Source: Pseudobdellovibrionaceae bacterium (lineage in GTDB: Bacteria; Bdellovibrionota; Bdellovibrionia; Bdellovibrionales; Bdellovibrionaceae). Taken from it: a stretch of DNA of 64,000 bases. This document shows positions 49,080 through 57,752 of this stretch, in pieces (the first letter of the stretch is position 1; every line of letters starts with the position of its first letter). The notes below the pieces were generated by a model. It saw nothing but the letters and a program-made list of their open reading frames with translations. It ran no database searches and was not told where the DNA came from. A program made the translations under genes and the position numbers. The DNA lies in contig JBDHWW010000011.1 of assembly GCA_039810425.1 (NCBI GenBank), forward strand, positions 12,223-76,222, given 5' to 3'.

Positions 49080-49658
49080 ATGAAAAAACTTCGTTTGATT
49101 TGCGCAATGATTTTGTCTCTGGGGTTTGTCAGTGCGGCTCACGCCGAACTTGGCGTTGGCGTATTTGGTTCTTATCCGCTTTCAACAAATTACACTGTAA
49201 CAGGTGCGGGCGTTGATAGCGTTAAGGGTAAAGGCGGCAACACTTTCGGTGCATTGTTGTTCATTCCGGTTCTTCCGTGGTTTTCGATCCGTGGTGGCGT
49301 CGCCTATGAAAATACTAAGTTCGAGGTCAACTCGATCTTGGGTTCTTCCGAGACGACCTTGAACAATATGTTGATCCCGGTAGATCTTCAGTTCCACTTC
49401 CCAGTTGTGGGTCTTTACGCATTTGCAGGTGCGGTTTTTGTATCGAATCAGAAAACAGATCCGGATACGAACGGCAAAGCGGGTAGCGATACAAGGACAA
49501 ACTTGGGTGTTGGCTATGACTTCTTCAGCTTCACATTGCTGACTTTGAGCGCGGAAGTAGAGTACCAAAAAGGTTCTAAGAACATTTCTCCGGTTTCTGG
49601 TAACGACCAGAAAACTGACTCAACAAATCTGAACTTGATGGTTCGCTTCACTCTGTAA
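49080..49658 (+). CDS. Outer-membrane beta-barrel protein
   Basis: Signal peptide ending AHA; amphipathic strands; terminal MVRFTL. Confidence 0.75.
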   Translation: MKKLRLICAMILSLGFVSAAHAELGVGVFGSYPLSTNYTVTGAGVDSVKGKGGNTFGALLFIPVLPWFSIRGGVAYENTKFEVNSILGSSETTLNNMLIPVDLQFHFPVVGLYAFAGAVFVSNQKTDPDTNGKAGSDTRTNLGVGYDFFSFTLLTLSAEVEYQKGSKNISPVSGNDQKTDSTNLNLMVRFTL

Positions 49659-49673
49659 TCGAGATATTCAATT

Positions 49674-49715
49674 CAAAAAGAAAAGGCGTTGGGCTTCCAA
49701 TGCCTTTTCTTTTTG
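49674..49715. terminator. Bidirectional intrinsic terminator
   Basis: caaaaagaaaaggcgttgg-gctt-ccaatgccttttctttttg. Confidence 0.85.
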
Positions 49716-49718
49716 TGC

Positions 49719-50297
49719 CTAATGCCAAGTGATCTGCTCTTTGTGGCGGCGGACTCCTCGAAGAGTCAGGAAGGCCCCGGCCAGGAAGATCACGCCGATA
49801 ATGATATGCAAAACGTGATCGGCGGTGCCGAGTTCAAAACGTCCAGGAACCAATTGCCAGAGGAACGAAGTCTCCTCCGCAATTCCAGTTGATGTCGGCC
49901 GGGTCAAAGAAACCGCACGGTGGCCGAAGGCGAATCCTGCAAGGCCGACAACGAAGTATACAGCACCGAGCCAACTGCAAAATTTTTTCGCCGTATAATT
50001 TGGTGCGGTGATCCCGCACCAAACAGCGAGGGCCCCTGAAACAATTAGCAGCAAATTGTGCACGGGGTTTAAGTGCAATAAAAATAAGCCGGGAACTACA
50101 AAGCCGACAAGGCCCGTGGCAAGAGCGATCGCTCCAAGATACCAACAGACTTGGTTCGCGGGAGAGGCTTTGTTCGGTGCGGCCAATGCGGGAAGGGGGC
50201 CTTGAGTTGCCGGCCTTCTTTGTCGCTCGGGTGTTGGTTCAGGGGTGGGCGTAGGGGGTTGTAAATCCATAGCTGGCTCCTTTTTTGGAGCCAGCAT
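49719..50297 (-). CDS. DUF4383-like membrane protein
   Basis: Four TM segments; LNPVHNLL and ADHVLHIIIG. Confidence 0.7.
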   Translation of the reverse strand: MLAPKKEPAMDLQPPTPTPEPTPERQRRPATQGPLPALAAPNKASPANQVCWYLGAIALATGLVGFVVPGLFLLHLNPVHNLLLIVSGALAVWCGITAPNYTAKKFCSWLGAVYFVVGLAGFAFGHRAVSLTRPTSTGIAEETSFLWQLVPGRFELGTADHVLHIIIGVIFLAGAFLTLRGVRRHKEQITWH

Positions 50298-50353
50298 ATT
50301 GGGTTTTTGTGAGATTAATTCAGCAAGACCAAGATATTCTCTTCATGCTTGTG

Positions 50354-53300
50354 TTATGGCATAAATTTCAGCCATTTGAAGTAAGCTTCTGAAGAGTCCT
50401 CAGTGTCATTGGAGTCGTGTTGGATTGTGATGCCCACGATGTCCATGTCTTCGACTTTCCTATTCGGGAACGCAAGCTTTAAATCTTCAGCGAGATTGCG
50501 CTCGAACAATTGCGGCTTACCGAGCATATCTGGATTGTTGAGCACCAACTGTTTTGCTTCCGGCAATGTCGCAACCACGATGTTTTTATTCGAATACCAG
50601 TTCTCAAAGATGTCACCGGCTTTACGGTTTTCACCCGGTACTGGATCGCCCCAGTAGTAACCAAATAAGAAAACCCTATCGTTCTTCGCATCAACCAAAG
50701 CGCGGTTGTCATTAGCACGGCCATCGCGGATTGTGAACCAAACTTGGAAAGCCGAATCATCTTTACCCGTGTGGCCTTTCACGGGGTCCGCACCATTCAC
50801 ACCTTTAGTTACAGCAAGCTTCAAAGACATTTTGCTGAACTCAATCGGTGAAAATCTGTAAGAAAGAGTCGTCATGCGGATCGAGTTGTTCAAGCTTCTC
50901 ATCGCGACCCAGTCTTTTTCCCCGTTGAAATCAGAGTTAATGTAACCATAATTCTTATTGTCATCGTTACCGAGTGGCGAACGAGATTCATAGTTAAACT
51001 GGTGATCCATACGGAAGTGCACCATATTTTTATGATGAAATTCCATGTTGATGCCTTGAGGTAGGTTTTTAGCACTCACTGGGGTTACGCTTGTTGCAGA
51101 CATGATATCCGGTAACTTTTGCACATCCAGGATTCCATAAGGATCGTACTTGATCTGTGACGGCGGCAGAGTCACTTGTGGTTGGTAGTCGTCCGCAGGA
51201 TCATTGACCGGTGGCAAAAGTAGGTGGTTGAGTTCCCAGGTTTGCGAGTAAGGGGAGATATCGCCACGCTCAGTGACGATGTTTGAATTCAAGTGTACGC
51301 GCTGAATAAGACCCTTTTTTGTTATACGATAATACATACGGTCCCGCAGCGGATGAGCATTGGCAGCCGTCAAGATCGCGTTTGTATTCCACTGCATATT
51401 GGTTTGATCGTTATTTGCATCTAATTCACCCAGAGTATTCACAAGGCCTTTCATGAAGGCCTTTTGGTTAAAGCGAGATGCCAAGATACCAGCCAAGTGA
51501 TCGGCTCTCATGGTGCCAAGATCTAACGCTGCCAAATTGTCTGGGAATTTCGATGAAGAGGTCGTAACGACGCCGTCGTTGTTTTCGTCAAACTGAGCAA
51601 TGAGCTTTGTTGCTTTCATAAAGATATGAGAATCTTCAGGATCGCTTTCGAAAGTCACAGAGTAGTAACGAGTCAGACCAATGAGAGATCTTTCGTTCTT
51701 TCTCCAGAAGCTTTGCATCGCGCTTGGATCCAGTGATTTCGCAGCGGCCTTTTCGTTTTTGCAAATTCCAGGTCCGTCTTTTTCAGATAGTGCCGAGACC
51801 AGTGCAAACGGCAGATCTGTCTTATTCAGAATCGAAGAGCCATGCAGAGGAGCGGCGATCGCAACAAAGCCTTTCACGTATGTTGATGTAAATTGACGGT
51901 TTTTCACCATGAAATTCAATGTATCAACGGCCCCTTTTGAGTAGCCGAGGATCATATACCTCGGAGCCGCTTGACCGCGAGCGATGCGTGTTTTTGCATC
52001 CTGTTTGAGAAAGTCGGCGATGATATCGCCGTTGAAACCGCCTGAGCAGGTGGCTTCAACCGGCGGCTGAATCACGCGAAGACCCATTTCATCAGAAAGT
52101 GCATTCAAGCCAAGGCTGAAGATCTCTTTATCAAAGATGCTGTTATAGAGACCAGGAATATAAACGATTGTCAGACCATTCATGTTTTTACGGTTGTAAG
52201 CTTTATCAAGTGGTGTCGGGAAGATGCGTTCTTCAAGCTCAGCTTCTTTGATGGCTTCTTTCATCAAAGATTGAACTTTCGTTACACGCTCTTGCATGTT
52301 GCCGACTTTATTGAGGGCTTTAAATGTTTTGATATCGCTATCACGCCCGTTCAACCAGTCTTGGGCAAAACGAAGATCACGGGTGTCCTTGATGAATGGC
52401 TTTTCCTGAATGTTCAGGGATTTTTCGAGCAAGTATGGAGTCTGGTAGAGCTTCATCGCACCACGCTTTGTCGTCAAAACATAATTGCGGACTTTAGAAA
52501 CGTAACTGTCATCGAGTTTAAACTCTTTTTGCTCAACAGAGGCTTCTTTGATGCCACGGAGGGAATTCACTTTGTCCTTGAGCTTATTGATGCGGGGATC
52601 TTTCATCATCTTTTCAGCGGAGCCTGCGGTTAAGATTACATCCGTGACTTGACCAATGTCTTCCGGGCTAATCATACCTTGTGCATCAAACTTAGAGAAA
52701 TCGAAGTTCATCGGAGATAAAGTTTGAACGCCCGGTTTTGTTAACGGGTCAAGCTTGAAGGCATCCATAAAGCTCTTCATTTCAGAAACCAAGAAGTAGG
52801 GACGAGTGTCAGATACGAAGCGAGTCAGGTATTGGAAAATACGCTGTTGCGAAAGGTCCTTTGCATCGGTTTCAACACCGCGCTGGTAATTTCTCATCGC
52901 TTCCTTAACGTTTGTACTTGTATTGCTGATATCGGACTCGTAAGTACGGCCGAAGAGAGTGCGTGTGTCCACGTCGAGCAAAGGCATGATGTCCTTAGAG
53001 CGAATTTGATTAGGGATCGCGCGCTTTGTGGAAGCCATCACGCCGAAGCTTGAGTTCGCAGACAAGGAACCGTGTGTACGGATCATTTTTGTGAAAGCAC
53101 CGAGCGACGACTGGATGTAGAATCCATCCTTCAATGTCAGAATGAAATCGGGGAAGTCGAAGTTTCTTTCCGATGCTGACTCGATGATACGGAAGAGGGA
53201 ATCTGGATACGAAGTTTTCGCCGCAACGGCCAGGCCTTGTTCCGCAGTCAACGGTTTCAAGGAGGCTTTTGTTGAAATCGCCGCAGCGGGAATCTGCAGG

Positions 53301-54388
53301 GGATTGTTTTTCACATCATAGTAATAATAGAGCCTAGTCTTTTTATCGTATTGGATCTGGGCTTCACCTTGGTTCGAAATCACCGTCATAATAGTGTCTG
53401 TGCCGGTGTTGCGATTGATATAAACCGCGAGATCAAACCAAGACTCCTTGCGGTACTCGGCGATCACTGCCGGCATGTTTTTACGGTTCTTAAGATACAT
53501 CGGACCCCAAGAACCCAAGGCCATGAGTGGCGAGGTGACATCCTTATCATCACGAAGTTGCTGAACGAAGTTGAAGCCACCGCGCTTTAAAGGGGCGCTG
53601 ACATCTATGCCGATCAATTCTTGCTCTGGCTTGCCTTCCGCGAAGCGACCGATATTGCCGTGGTCCGACAGAAGCACGATTTCAACATCGCGGCCTTTGT
53701 CTTTATAAGCCTTAATAAGGCGTTTTATTTCTGCATCCAGAAGCTTCATCGTTGGGAAGAGGCGACCTTTCTGGGTGTGTGCCATAGAGTCAATCGCGCC
53801 TACATAACCTGTCAAAACCTTACGAGGTTTCGCAGCCGCCAAGTCATCAACGACTGATTTTACTTCAAGTTTAGGAACTTCCTCGGTTGGGAAGTACATG
53901 AGGCCTTCGACATAAGGATTAAAGTAAGCGCCGAAACCGCCCATATAGTATTTAGGAAAGGCCAAGCGGCGATAGTAGTCGCGTGGGTCCCCCTGAACAG
54001 ATTGGGTTGATTCGTCAAAGTAAGTGGCTTCGACGGATTTAATACGGCCGGCAGCGCCGAAGATCTCAGCGGTGTTCATGATCGTCGACCAGGAAAGATC
54101 CGTCATCGAAGGAAACGGGGCTACGTGAGCTCCGACATTTGCGAATTCTTTAAAAAGACCCTGCGCTTGCGCCGCCTTGAAAGCGTTGTAACTGAGGCCG
54201 TCCGCCGCCAAGACGATGGTTTCGACTTGGGCCGGTTGTTCTTTTGGGGAAGCTTTGCGTGAAATCGCCGCAGTCAATGTATTGAGTCGGCCAACGCCGT
54301 GGGCTTGGGGCGTAACCGCACCCATGCCAGTGGCAACTGCGATGGCAGCCATTAAAACGGAGCGGAAAGTGGCGGAATGTCGGCGCAT
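50354..54388 (-). CDS. Secreted multidomain protein: alkaline-phosphatase/NPP-like + alpha/beta-hydrolase (lipase) + DUF3047-like domain
   Basis: ADGLS, PFPSMT, DSMAH, LSDHG, THG; GYSKG, NDGVV, ADH; KDDSAFQVW...ERNLAEDLKLAF...DSNDT. Confidence 0.8.
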   Translation of the reverse strand: MRRHSATFRSVLMAAIAVATGMGAVTPQAHGVGRLNTLTAAISRKASPKEQPAQVETIVLAADGLSYNAFKAAQAQGLFKEFANVGAHVAPFPSMTDLSWSTIMNTAEIFGAAGRIKSVEATYFDESTQSVQGDPRDYYRRLAFPKYYMGGFGAYFNPYVEGLMYFPTEEVPKLEVKSVVDDLAAAKPRKVLTGYVGAIDSMAHTQKGRLFPTMKLLDAEIKRLIKAYKDKGRDVEIVLLSDHGNIGRFAEGKPEQELIGIDVSAPLKRGGFNFVQQLRDDKDVTSPLMALGSWGPMYLKNRKNMPAVIAEYRKESWFDLAVYINRNTGTDTIMTVISNQGEAQIQYDKKTRLYYYYDVKNNPLQIPAAAISTKASLKPLTAEQGLAVAAKTSYPDSLFRIIESASERNFDFPDFILTLKDGFYIQSSLGAFTKMIRTHGSLSANSSFGVMASTKRAIPNQIRSKDIMPLLDVDTRTLFGRTYESDISNTSTNVKEAMRNYQRGVETDAKDLSQQRIFQYLTRFVSDTRPYFLVSEMKSFMDAFKLDPLTKPGVQTLSPMNFDFSKFDAQGMISPEDIGQVTDVILTAGSAEKMMKDPRINKLKDKVNSLRGIKEASVEQKEFKLDDSYVSKVRNYVLTTKRGAMKLYQTPYLLEKSLNIQEKPFIKDTRDLRFAQDWLNGRDSDIKTFKALNKVGNMQERVTKVQSLMKEAIKEAELEERIFPTPLDKAYNRKNMNGLTIVYIPGLYNSIFDKEIFSLGLNALSDEMGLRVIQPPVEATCSGGFNGDIIADFLKQDAKTRIARGQAAPRYMILGYSKGAVDTLNFMVKNRQFTSTYVKGFVAIAAPLHGSSILNKTDLPFALVSALSEKDGPGICKNEKAAAKSLDPSAMQSFWRKNERSLIGLTRYYSVTFESDPEDSHIFMKATKLIAQFDENNDGVVTTSSSKFPDNLAALDLGTMRADHLAGILASRFNQKAFMKGLVNTLGELDANNDQTNMQWNTNAILTAANAHPLRDRMYYRITKKGLIQRVHLNSNIVTERGDISPYSQTWELNHLLLPPVNDPADDYQPQVTLPPSQIKYDPYGILDVQKLPDIMSATSVTPVSAKNLPQGINMEFHHKNMVHFRMDHQFNYESRSPLGNDDNKNYGYINSDFNGEKDWVAMRSLNNSIRMTTLSYRFSPIEFSKMSLKLAVTKGVNGADPVKGHTGKDDSAFQVWFTIRDGRANDNRALVDAKNDRVFLFGYYWGDPVPGENRKAGDIFENWYSNKNIVVATLPEAKQLVLNNPDMLGKPQLFERNLAEDLKLAFPNRKVEDMDIVGITIQHDSNDTEDSSEAYFKWLKFMP

Positions 54389-54425
54389 AGAAACTCCTCC
54401 TCAGGATCTTCCTTAAAAGATCTAA

Positions 54426-54441
54426 GGCAAGGAGGGGGCCA
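54426..54441 (-). promoter_or_regulatory. Putative sigma-54 promoter of the 1344-aa gene
   Basis: Minus strand TGGCCCCCTCCTTGCC = GG-N10-GC with TTGC, 37 nt upstream of the start. Confidence 0.65.
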
Positions 54442-54499
54442 CGGTAGAAACGTTGCCGGAGATTAGGTTTGTTTTAAGAATGCATAAGGGATGGATTTT

Positions 54500-54516
54500 T
54501 GTCTCAGACTGAGACA
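54500..54516. promoter_or_regulatory. Perfect palindrome, candidate transcription-factor site
   Basis: TGTCTCA-gac-TGAGACA. Confidence 0.5.
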
Positions 54517-54536
54517 GGGGCGGTTTTCGTCAACCA

Positions 54537-54561
54537 GTTGCCTAGAGTTTATCTAGGCAAC
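54537..54561. repeat. Inverted repeat downstream of the TolC operon (no clear U-tract)
   Basis: gttgcctaga-gttta-tctaggcaac. Confidence 0.55.
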
Positions 54562-54595
54562 CGTCAGCCGACACTTTGAAGTCGCCGCTTTCAGA

Positions 54596-55489
54596 TTACG
54601 GTATTTTAACTAAACGAACAGTTCCGCGTTGAGCGCGTTTGTTGGTGAAAGTACCATCAATAACGCCGTTATTGATGGTCCCTGCGATCGTCACAGAGTA
54701 TTCAACGCGAGCTTGGTTAGAAACAAGGCTAATGTAAGGAGGAACTGTGTCTGGTTTGTAATCTACGTCCATCGCCAAAGCGAGGTTGCGGGCGGGGTCG
54801 TTCTCGCGAGTGTAGTCTGCTTTCAAAGCTGGCACATAATAACCGTCTATATCTTTCACTTGATCGATCACGATCGCAATGGTGACGTTGAAGTCGCTTG
54901 CAGAGCTGTCAGATGGGAAGTCCACTTTGCCTTTGTATGTGCCAACGATGGTCTCGTAGATTTTAGTCAAACGAGTATTGCGTTCCGCACGGTCATTGGC
55001 GTCGTTTGGCGCGGAAGATTCGCGGCTTACGAGAGAGACACTGATCGTTCCCCAGATGCCACCGTTGCGGGTGACATTGCCTGTGATAGTTTCACCGTTG
55101 AGGATGCCACTCATGCCAAATGAGTTGTCACTAGTTGACATCAATACTTGGGACGTTTGGTCCAAATAAGTGGACTCCATCACAATGTCATTAACAACGT
55201 TTGAAAGGTTACGGTAACGAGCCATCAAGGCCGGCAAAAACTTAGGCTCGCCGTTCGCCGTTTGGCCGATCTTCTTTTCAACGGTGTAGAAAGAAAGTTC
55301 AACGGCTTGAGAAGAAGCACCCGCTTGAATCGTTCCGCGGTAGACACCGAGGATTGGCCGGTATTTTTCCATCAGAGCAGCGCGGTTTTCGACCTCCTTT
55401 TGGGTGTCTGAGTTGCTGTTTTTATCAAACGCGCACGCTGCGAGATTCAAAGCCACAAAGCCTGTTAATAACCATTTCAGTGATTTCAT
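54596..55489 (-). CDS. Lipoprotein with an internal duplication of a beta-rich domain
   Basis: LAAC lipobox; YRPILGVYRG...LPALMARY matches YETIVGTYKG...VPALKADY. Confidence 0.75.
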   Translation of the reverse strand: MKSLKWLLTGFVALNLAACAFDKNSNSDTQKEVENRAALMEKYRPILGVYRGTIQAGASSQAVELSFYTVEKKIGQTANGEPKFLPALMARYRNLSNVVNDIVMESTYLDQTSQVLMSTSDNSFGMSGILNGETITGNVTRNGGIWGTISVSLVSRESSAPNDANDRAERNTRLTKIYETIVGTYKGKVDFPSDSSASDFNVTIAIVIDQVKDIDGYYVPALKADYTRENDPARNLALAMDVDYKPDTVPPYISLVSNQARVEYSVTIAGTINNGVIDGTFTNKRAQRGTVRLVKIP

Positions 55490-55491
55490 AA

Positions 55492-56949
55492 TTATTCCTC
55501 CTGAGCGTCAGGGATGAGTTCATCACGAGTCGCCGCCCATTCATTCAAGGCTGTTTGATAGTTACCAATAGCCTGGCTGTATTGAATTTCTGCAGTTGTT
55601 AAATTGTTCATTGCATCGATATAAATGCTGATATCGGTACGGCCTTGATTGAAGCTACGGGTGAGCTCCTGCAATGCTTTTTCACGATATTTCTTTTGCT
55701 CTGCCGTGCTCAATACTGCTGCGTAAGATGCCTGCACTTTGCGTTGTGCTTGCGCTTGCGCATCAGTGTTTTCTTGAGTCACGCGAGACAACCGGACTTC
55801 AGCTAAGTCCTTGGAATATTTTCTGTTCAAGCGAGTTTCACTGAGAAGATCCGCGCCAAATGGATATTCGAACTTAACCCCAGCGTAGTATTGCGGATGG
55901 GAACCGGAAACCATATCGCTGTATGCGCCGTTACCGTCATCCTGAACTCCATAGCTGTAGATCTTGCCAACCAATTGCAATCTTGGCGCATCTTTGGATT
56001 TTGCCGAGTCATAGGCGCGTTGAGCGGCCTCAACACTCAGTTTTCCAGAGCGAATGATACGCAGATCTTCTTGGTTTTTTTCTGGCAATTGAGGAACCGG
56101 AGGAATGGTTTCAGAAACCTGGAATTTAACTTCGCAGTTCTCAGGCAAGCTCAGAATCGTGTTCAAAATATCCAGATTTTGCAAATAAGAAGTCGAAGCG
56201 TTTTTTACATTCTGAGCTTTTCCTTCATATTCCGCAAGGGCCTGAGAAAGCTCACCAGGATTTGCGTAACCGAAGCCGCTTTTCTTTCTAACAGCATCAG
56301 CAAGTTTCTTAGAGCGGTCACGGGAAGTGATCGCCTCTTTGAAGTTTTGCTCAGAAACGTAAGCGGTCCAGAATACGCGGATCGTATCTAGAACCAAGTT
56401 CTCGAGATCATTGGATCTAAGGATGGCAGAGGCCTTGTAAGTTAAAGCTGCGGAATCGACATCACCGCGATCAGCAATGCCGAAAGCATTTGCCCACAAG
56501 TCTTGAGTCATGTTTAGACCGAGTAAGTCTTGAGTGCCCACGCTGCGAGTTGCCGCCGTTCCGTTGGCGTTCACATCGCCTTTAAACGAGGTCCTTTTGT
56601 ATTCAAAGCCCAAGTTTGTACCAGTGATAAAGCTTTTAGAAAGTGTCACGTCCGAGATGAGACTCTCAGTTTTATCGTATGCAGTTGTGGATAAACCAAC
56701 AGACTTATCAAATGTTAAGCCCGACGTAACCAGTAAATCCCATTGGAACGGAGCTAAGGATTGAGCCACCGAGAGGCGGAGTTGTTGGTATTGCAAATTA
56801 ATTTCTTGCGTACGCCGGCCTTGTTTCAAGACCAACTCCGCAACGTCCTTTTGCGAGAGCGAAATGCCTTGCTTGCAGCTCAAGTCAGTTGGCAAAGCCA
56901 ACGCCCCTTGAGATCCCAGCAAGAGAGAAAGAATGAGAGTTTTTACCAT
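55492..56949 (-). CDS. TolC-family outer-membrane efflux channel
   Basis: Signal peptide; long helical repeats; PRLQLVG, FNQGRTDISIYIDAMNNL...YQTAL. Confidence 0.85.
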   Translation of the reverse strand: MVKTLILSLLLGSQGALALPTDLSCKQGISLSQKDVAELVLKQGRRTQEINLQYQQLRLSVAQSLAPFQWDLLVTSGLTFDKSVGLSTTAYDKTESLISDVTLSKSFITGTNLGFEYKRTSFKGDVNANGTAATRSVGTQDLLGLNMTQDLWANAFGIADRGDVDSAALTYKASAILRSNDLENLVLDTIRVFWTAYVSEQNFKEAITSRDRSKKLADAVRKKSGFGYANPGELSQALAEYEGKAQNVKNASTSYLQNLDILNTILSLPENCEVKFQVSETIPPVPQLPEKNQEDLRIIRSGKLSVEAAQRAYDSAKSKDAPRLQLVGKIYSYGVQDDGNGAYSDMVSGSHPQYYAGVKFEYPFGADLLSETRLNRKYSKDLAEVRLSRVTQENTDAQAQAQRKVQASYAAVLSTAEQKKYREKALQELTRSFNQGRTDISIYIDAMNNLTTAEIQYSQAIGNYQTALNEWAATRDELIPDAQEE

Positions 56950-57752
56950 GTGACCTGGGTTCCGATTTCTGCGTTATTCTTTTGAAGATTAGAGGTCTCG
57001 GCTTTCTTGGCTTCAGCATCGCGGTAACTATACTGGGCCAAAAGAGCCCACTTTGGAGTCACTGAGTATTCTGCTCCAATGCCAACCCCCCAGAAGTTAT
57101 TTTGCTGGGAAAAGTTAACAAGAGTCGAGCTATTATTTGTCTGAGTATAATTCACAAAACCAAATTCCGGATTGACCAGGAAAGCAACTTTGGGAGCAAA
57201 ACCAGTTTTAATGCGATTGTTCCAAACAGCGCTGACGAGAGTCGTCGTCAAACGAGTATCCTTGAAATTGTAACCATTCGGAGCCACGAGGTCTGTTTTC
57301 TGAGACATGTAGCCTGCACGGGCGGTTAAGCCGGAAGCCCAAGTGGCTTTCGAACCCTCTATTGTATTGACAAGAAATCCGAACTCCAAAGAAGGCATTA
57401 CGCCGGTGCCGTAACTGTCCAAATCAAAATTGTAATTGGCAACAGCGCCGGTCCCAATGGGTTGTAAGCTCTGTAGTTTGAACGCAAAAGTCCATAACCA
57501 AGGGCGGTTCCGAAGCTCTGGAGCTGGATCTTGCAATTTCAAGAAAGGGGAAACATTGGCTTGTTGGGCTTCAGAAGCGTGGTTGGTCTTTTTATAAGCT
57601 TTCGTATCGAGAGACTCGGTTTCTTTAATTGCTTCCGCGCGAGTAGAGGTGCTTACCTCTACCGGGGCTTTTGCCTTGTTTGAAGACTTCGGGGCGGCAA
57701 ATGCCGCCAATGATGATGCAACGACAATTGATGCTACGATGAATTTATTCAT
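56943..57752 (-). CDS. Putative outer-membrane beta-barrel protein
   Basis: Signal peptide; amphipathic strands GVGIGAEYS, ALLAQYSY; terminal IGTQVTW. Confidence 0.65.
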   Translation of the reverse strand: MNKFIVASIVVASSLAAFAAPKSSNKAKAPVEVSTSTRAEAIKETESLDTKAYKKTNHASEAQQANVSPFLKLQDPAPELRNRPWLWTFAFKLQSLQPIGTGAVANYNFDLDSYGTGVMPSLEFGFLVNTIEGSKATWASGLTARAGYMSQKTDLVAPNGYNFKDTRLTTTLVSAVWNNRIKTGFAPKVAFLVNPEFGFVNYTQTNNSSTLVNFSQQNNFWGVGIGAEYSVTPKWALLAQYSYRDAEAKKAETSNLQKNNAEIGTQVTW

